Shown here in pieces: positions 34,301-40,426 of a stretch of 52,303 nt of DNA. The notes under the pieces were generated by a model. It saw only the letters and a list, made by a program, of their open reading frames with translations. It was not told the origin of the DNA and ran no database searches. Numbering within the stretch: position 1 is the stretch's first letter; each line of letters begins with the position of its first letter. This DNA comes from an uncultured Candidatus Micrarchaeota archaeon (GTDB taxonomy: Archaea; Micrarchaeota; Micrarchaeia; Anstonellales; Anstonellaceae): NCBI GenBank assembly GCA_903923795.1, contig CAIXYX010000139.1, forward strand, positions 1 through 52,303, read 5' to 3'. The position numbers and the translations under genes are program-made.

Positions 34301-36835
34301 GGCTGCACGGAGAGCGGCCAATTCAACTTCACGACCTTGCCGCTGCCTATAATTTACCCAATTCTGTCGAACATAACAGTGAACCCGATAACTGATTCGG
34401 GCGCGCAGGTGAATTGGAACACTGACAAGCAATCAAACGGCAGCGTCAGATACAGGCTGAGCAGTGACTTTACATGGACATATCTTCCTGACCCGAACAT
34501 GCTGGTTGCGCATAGATTCTCGATCCCCGCATTGACGGCCAGTTCGACATATATCTACACCGTGAAATCCTGCGTGCCGATGGGAGGATGCAACGAGAGC
34601 AACGAACTCAACTTCACCACATTGGCCACCCCGCCACCCGCCCCGGTGATTTCGAACCTGCAGACACTCAATATCACGAATCAGAGCGCGCAGGTGAAAT
34701 GGTCCACCAGCCCGCAGGCCAACGCATCAGTCAAATACAAATCATCTTCAGACACGAATTGGTCATACGTCTCGAGCGGCGGATTCTACTATTCACGCAC
34801 AATACAACTGTCCTCTCTCGTGTCAAACACGACATATTTCTACACAGTCAAATCGTGCACTGCGGCAGGCGGATGCACTGAGAGCAACCAGTACAACTTC
34901 ACCACGCTGGCCACTCAGATAGTCTATCCTTCCCTCTCCGCCATCTCCTCGAGCCAGATAACGTATCAGAGCGCGCAGGCGAATTGGTTAAGCGACGTGG
35001 CAGCGAACGGCACAGTTAGGTACAAACCAGCCTCGAGTTCTGATTGGCTCTATGCATACAACTCGAGCCTCGCGCTCGCACACAACTTGTCTCTTGTGTC
35101 CCTCTCGGCAAACACATTATACACATACGCGGTCGAATCATGCACCCCGTCCGGCGGCTGCGCCCTGAGCTCTCAATACAATTTCACCACGCTCGCCGCG
35201 CCAGTCATCTACCCCAACATCTCTGGCGTAACTACAAGCCAGATAACAAACCAGAGCGCGCAGGTGGATTGGTACACCGACGCCTCATCGAATAGCACCG
35301 TAAAATACAGGCAAAGCGGCGGATTGTCATGGGAATATGCATCAGATAACGGCAATACGGCCTCGCACAGTATCCCGCTCGCCTCCCTGACGGCTGATTC
35401 TGATTACATATACACAGTCAAATCATGCACACCGTCGGGCGGATGCAACGAGAGCGCGGAATACGACTTCACCACGCGTGCCACTCCCACTCAGAACGTC
35501 ATCCTAATAGGCGTGCAGACCGGCGTGATAACCAACAACAGCGCACATATTTCCTGGAAGACGAATATAGAATCTGACAGCACAGTCAGATTCAAGGCAA
35601 CCGGCAGCACGGGATCTGAGTATATCACGAATTCGAGCCAGATACTGACCCATGACATCCTGCTCTCGTCCCTCACGCCGGCCACGAATTACACATATAC
35701 CGTGAGATCATGCACTTTGGGCGGGATATGCAATGAAAGCCCGGCATTCGCATTCACCACTAGCTCGCAGCCGAGTGCCCCGGCAATCCGCGCGATATAC
35801 GCAGACCAGATCACCAACCAGAGCGCGCAGATAATTTGGATAACAAACAATTTCACGAATGCGACAGTGAAATACCGCGCGGCCTCGGGCTCGGATTGGC
35901 TCTACGCATCCAACTCCAACCTATTATGGCTGCACAACATCTCGCTATCATCACTCTCAAGCGGCACGAATTACATCTACACCGTGAGATCCTGCAGCCT
36001 GCAGGGAGCCTGCGCCGAGAGTTCTGAGAACAGCTTCATGACCAACTATTCGGTTGCCATCTCCCCTCTCCTCTCAAGCAGCACGGCCAGCAATATAACA
36101 AACCAGAGCGCGCAGATAAGTTGGAACACCGACACGCCATCCAATAGCACGGTCAAATACAGGCCTAGGGCCAGCAGCGCAGATTGGTCATACGCTGGAG
36201 ATGCCACTCAAACAGCTGCGCACTTAGTCCTCATCTCCTCGCTGTCGGCCAATGCGACCTATGCGTACACTATCAGATCATGCACGCCATCTGGAGGCTG
36301 CAATGAAAGCGCAGAGAATAATTTCACCACGCTGGCCAATTATCCCGGCCTCGGCTCGTTTGTGATAAGCACCATGCCTGCCGGAGCTCTTGTGCAGGTG
36401 AGGAATAACATATCGACAACGTGGTTATACTCCGGCACCTCCCCGTTATATGCCCAAAACGTGCCGACCGGGCATTACATGGCATATATGACAGATGACG
36501 GCTATAGATCATTTGTGTCTTATTTTGACATCTATTCCGACCAACAGACGAACGTCAGCGTGCCGCTCACGCCTCTGCCGGTCTATGACCAATCCGTCAA
36601 CGGCTCTATCGTGGTCTATGCAGAACCCGAAGGGGCACTGATTAGGATGAGAAGCAGGAATGTCTCGGCGGGCTGGCTCTACTCGGGAAGCTCCCCGATG
36701 AACATGAGCAGCATCCTGCCCGGGGATTATGTTGTGTTCGCATCAAAAGAGCATTATCCGACGAAGACTGTTTTCGCGCACGTGACTGCGGGGCAAGCCA
36801 CAGTGCTCAACATCACGCTGGTGAAATTGAATTGA
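28370..36835 (+). CDS. Giant secreted S8 subtilisin-like serine protease with P/PPC-like domain, about 21 FN3-like repeats and two C-terminal PEGA domains
   Basis: Signal peptide MSVSKDSRFGHLRLGIVVLLGLLLLAPVILAADA. The catalytic triad motifs are VAVEDTGLD, HGTHVAGIA and SGTSMASPAAAG. The repeats follow, then AEPEGALIRM-type PEGA modules. There is no C-terminal TM or sorting signal. Confidence 0.9.
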   Translation: MSVSKDSRFGHLRLGIVVLLGLLLLAPVILAADAPALAASNPAGAASGLAGRIATQTQAGQNNSSGQNISGGFDYYVIRYSEPPGTAQITQIQNAGFDIIGYSSGFRYIVRKTADGSKLISAPKIPNAAIERFASAGLAPQLTNFTGKKNITIQFFPREDTAALSAKVRAIAPSARPIDVGMTADGVNPDQVRRISDTSGIQYIDENLPLEKFDNRTTQILGANQVWDNLGYTGAGVVVAVEDTGLDTGNLSTIHQDLRGRVINLTGYCSTNLNGRDYEGHGTHVAGIAVGNGTLNLTNKGTSPGSQLVFQALGCAPGGGGSTSTGTISLFRLASGFGAQVHTNSFGSIVVGNPYYGTTASSVDAYTRNENPNITIFYAAGNSGPDALSVTLSSVGKNIVSVGNVYGYGVPYYLDNTSSHGPATDGRIKPDLVAPGDGIWSTCVGGGYCMMSGTSMASPAAAGSAALVYDYLARNRSYSRPSSALVRSILIAGAERIGTPIYGPIPNNIVGFGMINLTRSLAIMRGYQMDYSDSQYPLETGQSAAFSYTVNNSNIPLRVALVWTDPACTDVYGTCNSTALINDLDLKVIGPDGSWLLGNNQTANSTTADRRNVIEMADIDYPALGTYTVNVSAYSVPSGNQTFALAVIRGTGPGDYDNANRTIIPTFDNSLITNLTSTSFVMNWWTINVVSNSSVKYRAMLVNRTTGYVCAFTDYLYATNSSMVGIHTIPVTSLSPNTLYYVTIKSCSASGGCNESTLTRDGQTLVLTTQAISAPSNSNIASSQITYQSAQIGWNTNISANASVKYKASGDASWSYATDSGMASAHNISLTSLLGSTTYIYTVKSCVEGGMANTCGSNPLCTESAESSFTTPPAPVIYPNLSSVSASQITYQSAQVNWASDAAANSTVKYKPLAGSDWLYAYNSSLALAHTMQLSSLAANTTYSYTVKSCTTSGGCNESDEQNFTTSPPPPPVLSLISANQITNQSAQISWLSDLAADSTVKFRPSDSSTWAYATDASISTGHALALTSLSPSTLYIYTVKSCTALGGCTESSEQNFTTSQNYPALSAISAGSITANSANVTWNTDMRANGTLKYRASSDSSWSYLYDSDMTSAHNITLSSLSASTLYIYTVKSCSESGGCTESGELNFTTLAIYPNLSGIMVWGITQNSSNISWNTDALANSTVKYKALGASNWAYATNSSMVNAHNITLSSLSASTAYTYTVRSCTESGGCTESGELNFTTSAPPAVYPVLSSIYVSQITYQSAQVNWASDVTANSTVKYKPAGSQNWLYMYASSFSTSHNLTLSSLFASTLYIYTVKSCTSSANCNESGEFNFTTGAAPIIPVISAISISQITNQSAQVNWASDVAANSTLKYRQSQDLDWAYSANSSMSTAHNISLASLSANTTYIYTVKSCSSSGGCSESVEANFTTLATYPIISSITVSSITSNSSVIAWNTDFASNSTVKFKASGAGAWTYLSNSSYSLAHSISLAALAPNTLYIYTVKSCTASGGCTESGEANFTTSLTYPMISNIVITNTTSNSSTILWSTDMLSNGTIKFRIDGSGSWSYTSNSSITLAHNITLTPLMDSTTYRFTIRSCSASGGCSESVEYGFTTLSPPIISPILSNISASQITNQSAQVNWNTDTTANGTLKYRQSQDSNWVSVTNSSGSLQHSFGISSLSANTTYIYTVRSCTQSGGCNESSEANFTTLATYPIISSITVSSITSNSSIINWNTDFVSNSTVKFKASGAGAWTYLSNSSYSLAHSISLASISANTFYIYTVKSCTASGGCTESGEANFTTQSIYPALSNIAALGITTNSSIVSWNTDIISNSSVRYKASGASSWSYVSDASPAFSHSIGLTQLTPSTTYIYTVESCTASGGCNESIELNFTTATPIAYPNLTAIWAGNITYQSAQINWLSDVAANASVKYRQAMDPNWFYSYNSSLALSHNISLASLMANTTYLYTVKSCSASGGCTESGQFNFTTLPLPIIYPILSNITVNPITDSGAQVNWNTDKQSNGSVRYRLSSDFTWTYLPDPNMLVAHRFSIPALTASSTYIYTVKSCVPMGGCNESNELNFTTLATPPPAPVISNLQTLNITNQSAQVKWSTSPQANASVKYKSSSDTNWSYVSSGGFYYSRTIQLSSLVSNTTYFYTVKSCTAAGGCTESNQYNFTTLATQIVYPSLSAISSSQITYQSAQANWLSDVAANGTVRYKPASSSDWLYAYNSSLALAHNLSLVSLSANTLYTYAVESCTPSGGCALSSQYNFTTLAAPVIYPNISGVTTSQITNQSAQVDWYTDASSNSTVKYRQSGGLSWEYASDNGNTASHSIPLASLTADSDYIYTVKSCTPSGGCNESAEYDFTTRATPTQNVILIGVQTGVITNNSAHISWKTNIESDSTVRFKATGSTGSEYITNSSQILTHDILLSSLTPATNYTYTVRSCTLGGICNESPAFAFTTSSQPSAPAIRAIYADQITNQSAQIIWITNNFTNATVKYRAASGSDWLYASNSNLLWLHNISLSSLSSGTNYIYTVRSCSLQGACAESSENSFMTNYSVAISPLLSSSTASNITNQSAQISWNTDTPSNSTVKYRPRASSADWSYAGDATQTAAHLVLISSLSANATYAYTIRSCTPSGGCNESAENNFTTLANYPGLGSFVISTMPAGALVQVRNNISTTWLYSGTSPLYAQNVPTGHYMAYMTDDGYRSFVSYFDIYSDQQTNVSVPLTPLPVYDQSVNGSIVVYAEPEGALIRMRSRNVSAGWLYSGSSPMNMSSILPGDYVVFASKEHYPTKTVFAHVTAGQATVLNITLVKLN
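30371..36332 (+). repeat. About 21 tandem coding repeats of ~92-97 codons (FN3-like, consensus ..ITNQSAQVNW.TD..ANSTVKYR......W.Y...S....HNISLSSLSANTTYIYTVKSCT.SGGC.ES.E.NFTT)
   Basis: Counted from the recurring NFTT-type repeat ends in the translated ORF. The period is about 285 bp. Confidence 0.9.
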
Positions 36836-36852
36836 AAAAGAGAATCTGACTC

Positions 36853-37041
36853 TTAGCGCTTCTTTTTCGGCGCAGGCTCGCCCTTCAAAAAGCGGTCGGC
36901 CCGCTCAATCTCCTCTTTCGGCTGGCCGGATGCGCGGGATATGAGCCCGAGCGCGTCCGACATCAGCCACTGGCCGAAATTGGAGATATGAAGATAGAAA
37001 AAAGAGAAAAACGAAAAAAGGAAACCGGGTTTTTTGCCCAT
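36853..37041 (-). CDS. Small hypothetical membrane protein downstream of tfb
   Basis: ATG 37041 is preceded by TAGGTGA and lies 23 nt after the tfb stop. It has a hydrophobic Phe/Ser-rich N-terminus and a charged C-terminus. Its 5' part is a pyrimidine tract, so the call is uncertain. Confidence 0.4.
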   Translation of the reverse strand: MGKKPGFLFSFFSFFYLHISNFGQWLMSDALGLISRASGQPKEEIERADRFLKGEPAPKKKR

Positions 37042-37064
37042 CGCACTCACCTAAAACTCGCGTT

Positions 37065-37994
37065 TTAGAGCGCCACTTTCAAGCCCAGCTCTTTCTTCAG
37101 CTCTCTGTAGCGGTTGCGAATCGTCACTTCGGTCACTCCCGCGACATCGGCCACTTCCTTTTGCGTGCGTCTCTCGCCGTTCATGGCCGAGGCGATATAG
37201 ACTGCCGCAGCCGCGACACCGGTCGGGCCTCTTCCGGAAATGAGCCCTTTGGTGATGGCTTTCTTCAGAAGCTGTATGGCCTTCTCCTGCACCTGCCCGG
37301 ACAGTTTGAGGGCTGCGGTGAATTTTGGCACATACTGCGAGGGGTCGGTGAGCGGGACATCCAAGTCCAGCTCGCGGCGCACGAAGCGGTAAGCCCGGCC
37401 GATCTCCTTTTTCTCGATTCCCGAAACGCGGGAGATTTCGTCGAGAGTGCGGGGGATGCCGTGCAGTCTGCACGTGGCATAAATGACGGCCGACACGACA
37501 GACTCGATCAGCCTTCCTCTTATCAGTTCGGCCTTGATGCACTTTCTGTACAAGAGGGCGGCTGATTCACGGAGCGACTCGGGCAGGCCCAAATAGGATG
37601 CTATTCGATCGAGCTCCGAAAGTGCTATGGCCAAGTTTCGCTCCATGCTCGTGGCGATGGAGGCTCTTTTGTGCCATTTGCGCATGCGGTAAAGCTGGGC
37701 CTGTTTTTTCGGAGAGATTTTCGCGCCGCGGATGTCGCGGTTGTACTGGTCAATCTCGGTCACAAGTCCCTTGTTGGGGCGCATGAATTTGATTGGTGCG
37801 CCGCCGCGTGCGCGCTTCTCGCGCTGCTCGGAGTCAAACGCGCGCCACTCGGGGCGGTGGTCCTCGATGTTCTCGGCCACGATGAGCCCGCAATTTGTGC
37901 AGACCACTTCTCCCTTCTCGTAGTCTCTTGTGAGTTTGGCGTTGCCGCATTCGGGGCATTTCTCGATGGGGTTTCGGCTCTTGTCAACGACCAT
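37065..37994 (-). CDS. tfb: Transcription initiation factor IIB (TFB)
   Basis: N-terminal Zn ribbon CPECGN...CTNCG followed by two cyclin-fold repeats. 309 aa. Confidence 0.95.
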   Translation of the reverse strand: MVVDKSRNPIEKCPECGNAKLTRDYEKGEVVCTNCGLIVAENIEDHRPEWRAFDSEQREKRARGGAPIKFMRPNKGLVTEIDQYNRDIRGAKISPKKQAQLYRMRKWHKRASIATSMERNLAIALSELDRIASYLGLPESLRESAALLYRKCIKAELIRGRLIESVVSAVIYATCRLHGIPRTLDEISRVSGIEKKEIGRAYRFVRRELDLDVPLTDPSQYVPKFTAALKLSGQVQEKAIQLLKKAITKGLISGRGPTGVAAAAVYIASAMNGERRTQKEVADVAGVTEVTIRNRYRELKKELGLKVAL

Positions 37995-38234
37995 GGTATC
38001 AACCTCGATTAACGTCCAAGCTAAGGAGCTTTGGGCCCTTAAGCAGGGGGTTATTTTTAAAAATGGGTGAAAAGATAAGCGCCTACCTTATATATAAACT
38101 TTTCGCTCAGCCCGCCTCGTCGTGGAATCGTCGGGCGGCTATTTATGCCGTCGAGAAGAAGTTTGGGCCAGCATTTATAAACTCACCGACGTTGTGGACG
38201 GTGGGCCGAACTCTTTAGAAATGGTAAAATGAAT

Positions 38235-38466
38235 TGCCATGGGGGAGATTTGAACTCCCGGCTTCCAGATTTCCCAAGAAATGCCTTTGTTCGTCATCAA
38301 TCGCGCGCAGAGGCGCGATCTCCGCACTCATATAATCGCAAATACCCCGGAAAGCAGGGAGTTTCCTCCTCATTTCTTTTCTTTTCCGAGGTTTTCTTTT
38401 CTTTCCGCAGAAAGAAAAGAAAAGCTCTATGAGTCTGGCACTCTAGCCAAGCTGAGTTACCATGGC
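38235..38466 (-). tRNA. tRNA-Met/Ile2 (anticodon CAT) with a 157-nt intron at 37/38
   Basis: The 5' exon is GCCATGG TA ACTC AGCTTGGCTA GAGT G CCAGA CTCATA (38466-38428). The 3' exon is A TCTGG AAGCC GGGAG TTCAAAT CTCCC CCATGGC A (38270-38235). The G1-C72 pair and the anticodon stem argue for an elongator rather than an initiator. Confidence 0.75.
38371..38424 (+). repeat. Y1-Y2-loop-R polypyrimidine/polypurine module, copy A (inside the tRNA-Met intron, antisense to it)
   Basis: Y1 is CATTTCTTTTCTTTTCC. Y2 is TTTTCTTTTCTTTC, the loop is CGCA, and R is GAAAGAAAAGAAAA. Confidence 0.8.
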
Positions 38467-38503
38467 AAATTTTTCGCTTGGCTATTTTATTGTCGCGACA
38501 AAG

Positions 38504-38512
38504 CATATAAAA
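38504..38512. promoter_or_regulatory. AT-rich TATA element shared by the divergent tRNA-Met and RNase P RNA genes
   Basis: CATATAAAA (TTTTATATG on the minus strand) is centred ~27 nt before RNase P RNA position 38535 and ~42 nt before the tRNA 5' end at 38466. Confidence 0.45.
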
Positions 38513-38534
38513 GGCCCGTCTGGGCAATATTAGC

Positions 38535-38789
38535 GGAATGGCCGGCGGCCGCCCACGGGGTCCTCCCGAGGAAGTTCTGCCCACGGCGCAAATATCTGGC
38601 GGGCGCAAAAGCCCGTATCTCGGAACAGAAACGATACGACGAGCAGCTCGCTATCAGATGACCCTGAATGGGGATGGAGAGGCTCATCGATGAAACGGCC
38701 GAGATCCACCAGATGGCCGTGCAAGGCGCTTTACGCGCCGCTCAGTCGAATGCGGTTAGAACCAAAGGCAGACTATGGCCGGCCGTTCC
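38535..38789 (+). ncRNA. rnpB: RNase P RNA (small, ~255 nt)
   Basis: A 12-bp terminal helix pairs GGAAUGGCCGGC with GCCGGCCGUUCC. A CR-I-like GAGGAAGUUCUGCC pairs with the 3' GGCAGACU (P4). ACAGAAA and UAGAACC elements and several GC hairpins are present, and there is no credible ORF. Confidence 0.65.
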
Positions 38790-38800
38790 TCATAATCTTC

Positions 38801-38838
38801 ATCTGGCGAAGCCAGATGCTCTTCTCCTTTTCTTTCCC
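38801..38838 (+). terminator. Hairpin plus T/C-rich tract after RNase P RNA
   Basis: ATCTGGC-GAA-GCCAGAT (38801-38817) is followed by CTTCTCCTTTTCTTTCCC. Confidence 0.45.
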
Positions 38839-38868
38839 AGGGGTTTCTTTTCGCGGAGCGAAAAGAAA
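38821..38868 (+). repeat. Y1-Y2-loop-R module, copy B (3' of RNase P RNA)
   Basis: Y1 is CTTCTCCTTTTCTTTCCC. Y2 is TTTCTTTTCGC, the loop is GGA, and R is GCGAAAAGAAA. Confidence 0.8.
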
Positions 38869-39091
38869 GGCCTTGTTACACTTCTTTATATCTTTTTTCA
38901 GGTAATATTTCTTCATGCGTTACGGCTTGGAACCAGATATTTTCCCGCTTTCCACGTCTAATCGCAAGAATAGGAACTTCTTCTGTTTTGCCAGCTGAAT
39001 TCACGGTCCAATAGCTGGCAAACGAATTGGGCCGCCGCAAAAAATTTCGAAGAAAAGAAATATCAAACAAACTCATCCGAGGTGCAGTTCT

Positions 39092-39598
39092 ATGGTCATC
39101 AATAAACAAAATATTGGCGAAACGAAAACCAATTCCGGAATAAAGGGAGAAATTTCGAATAATCCCGCATTGAATTTCTCCAATAAAGCTGTCGAATCCA
39201 CCCAATCGAGAAATCTCTCGAAGGTTTCCCCGTCTGCCGCGGCCGGGGAATTGCGGACTGTCCGCGAAAATCTCACTGCCCAAAACCTGGAGCCGGCAAT
39301 TCAGACTCTAAAAGGGCTGGTGCAGGCATACAAAACAAACGAGGTGCCCAATGCCCTGCTCAACGGCTCAGTAGGCATCGAGGTGAGGGCTCTGGCCAAA
39401 ATCCTGCCGTCCGCCATAAATTCGATGGAACAATGGCTCGCCTCCCTCTCGCCCCTTGGCATGACCGATGACCCCAATTGGCATTTTGACGAGGGCGCAC
39501 GGCTTGGTGATTTGCGCGAGATGCAGAAATCAGTAGATGAACTGAGCAGAGCCATCGACGCAAAGCAGAAGAATAATTCCGCCATTAGCAGATGCTGA
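39092..39598 (+). CDS. Hypothetical protein
   Basis: 168-aa ORF whose ATG is preceded by GAGGTG at 8 nt. AT-richer than the window average. No motif recognised. Confidence 0.5.
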   Translation: MVINKQNIGETKTNSGIKGEISNNPALNFSNKAVESTQSRNLSKVSPSAAAGELRTVRENLTAQNLEPAIQTLKGLVQAYKTNEVPNALLNGSVGIEVRALAKILPSAINSMEQWLASLSPLGMTDDPNWHFDEGARLGDLREMQKSVDELSRAIDAKQKNNSAISRC

Positions 39599-39952
39599 GC
39601 AGTCCTTTGTTTTTCGTTTATTTTCCATTGCGTGTTTTTGTCCATCCTCGTCGCCCGGCCTGTTACACGGCTTTAAATATCCCATCCGCGCAGTTTATTC
39701 TGTCCACCCCCAACGGCCCTATAACTGGGTTTGGGCGCGATGGGCAGGAGGAGAGTGTTATGGCAACGGGTAATCGGTCTGCAATGGCAACCGAGAGTCG
39801 CACATCAGTGTCGCTAAGTGGCACGTCAATGCGCACCATGCCCAAAGGCTATCATCCCTCCATCTGTTTCTGTGATTGGCGATCGGTCCAGTAGTTGGCA
39901 ACGACCTGGGACCCCTGAAACAAACCGGCCCGATGGAACCCCGCAAACCAGA

Positions 39953-40114
39953 ATGGGCGCCGCGGGCCGCAAGTCATTGGACAGGCTGACTGAACAACAA
40001 ATATTGCAGGTGTATTGGTCAGAGCCGCTCTCGTTGCGCGAGATTGCAAAAAGATTCTCGGTGTCGCACATGAGCGTGTGGCGGCTGGTCAGCACCTCGG
40101 CCCGGCCGGTCTGA
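39953..40114 (+). CDS. Small helix-turn-helix protein (possibly a transposase/resolvase-type HTH remnant)
   Basis: LSLREIAKRFSVSHMSVWRLV is a classic HTH. The 53-aa ORF is followed directly by a T-rich tract (ATTTTATTTTTCTTTCTTTTC). Confidence 0.4.
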   Translation: MGAAGRKSLDRLTEQQILQVYWSEPLSLREIAKRFSVSHMSVWRLVSTSARPV

Positions 40115-40192
40115 TATTTTATTTTTCTTTCTTTTCATTTCATGGCCCGGCAGGCAATTGCCTTTAAAATATAGGCTTGCATAGGAAGAACT

Positions 40193-40366
40193 ATGAGCGA
40201 CAAAACAACGATTTCGACCCCGCAGTCGCAGGCCGGCATATTCGGCGTGTCGGCAGGCACCAACATGATGGGCTGGAAGTTTTCCCCCCGCGTGGTCGTG
40301 GCATTCGCGATACTCGTGGTGCTGGTCATCAAGGTGCTGGACTACGTGGTTTACACGAGAAAATAG
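40193..40366 (+). CDS. Sec61 beta / archaeal SecG-like translocon subunit (57 aa, below the ORF-track cutoff)
   Basis: MSDKTTISTPQSQAGIFGVSAGTNMMGWKFSPRVVVAFAILVVLVIKVLDYVVYTRK has a tail-anchored topology and the ..AG.......G.K..P..V pattern. TATA TTTAAAATAT is centred 25 nt before the ATG. Confidence 0.5.
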   Translation: MSDKTTISTPQSQAGIFGVSAGTNMMGWKFSPRVVVAFAILVVLVIKVLDYVVYTRK

Positions 40367-40426
40367 AGGGAACTGCTTTCGTTTATTCAAACAGAAAAAT
40401 AATTAAAACAAGAAAAGAATTTCTTC

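Noticed and set aside
30371-36332. Regular ~285-bp periodic repeats that could be mistaken for a CRISPR-like or satellite array.
   Set aside because: The region is one continuous ORF with conserved protein-level repeats and no spacer/repeat architecture. It is a coding tandem-domain array.
38271-38427. C/D-box guide RNA inside the tRNA-Met intron.
   Set aside because: A UGAUGA C-box-like element is present (GAUUGAUGACG). No CUGA D box was found at an appropriate distance, and no obvious C'/D' pair.
38229-38961. Several 60-126-aa ORFs on both strands (38229-38432, 38281-38661, 38297-38608, 38487-38687, 38530-38724, 38668-38961, 38690-38905).
   Set aside because: They overlap the tRNA-Met exons and intron, the RNase P RNA and the Y/R modules. 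Their peptides (for example SSFLFFSEVFFSFRRKKRK) are just translated homopolymer tracts.
38876-39076. 66-aa minus-strand ORF (MSLFDISFLRNF...) divergent from the 39092 gene.
   Set aside because: It has no SD or TATA in a convincing position, no motif, and an AT-rich low-complexity sequence. Evidence is insufficient to call it.
39700-39985. SRP (7S) RNA hypothesis for the structured non-coding interval.
   Set aside because: The length and terminal helices fit. However, neither strand contains the helix-8 hallmark (GGAA/GNAR tetraloop flanked by an AGCA-type loop), and there is no AGCA at all in the interval. It is kept only as an unclassified RNA or regulatory region.
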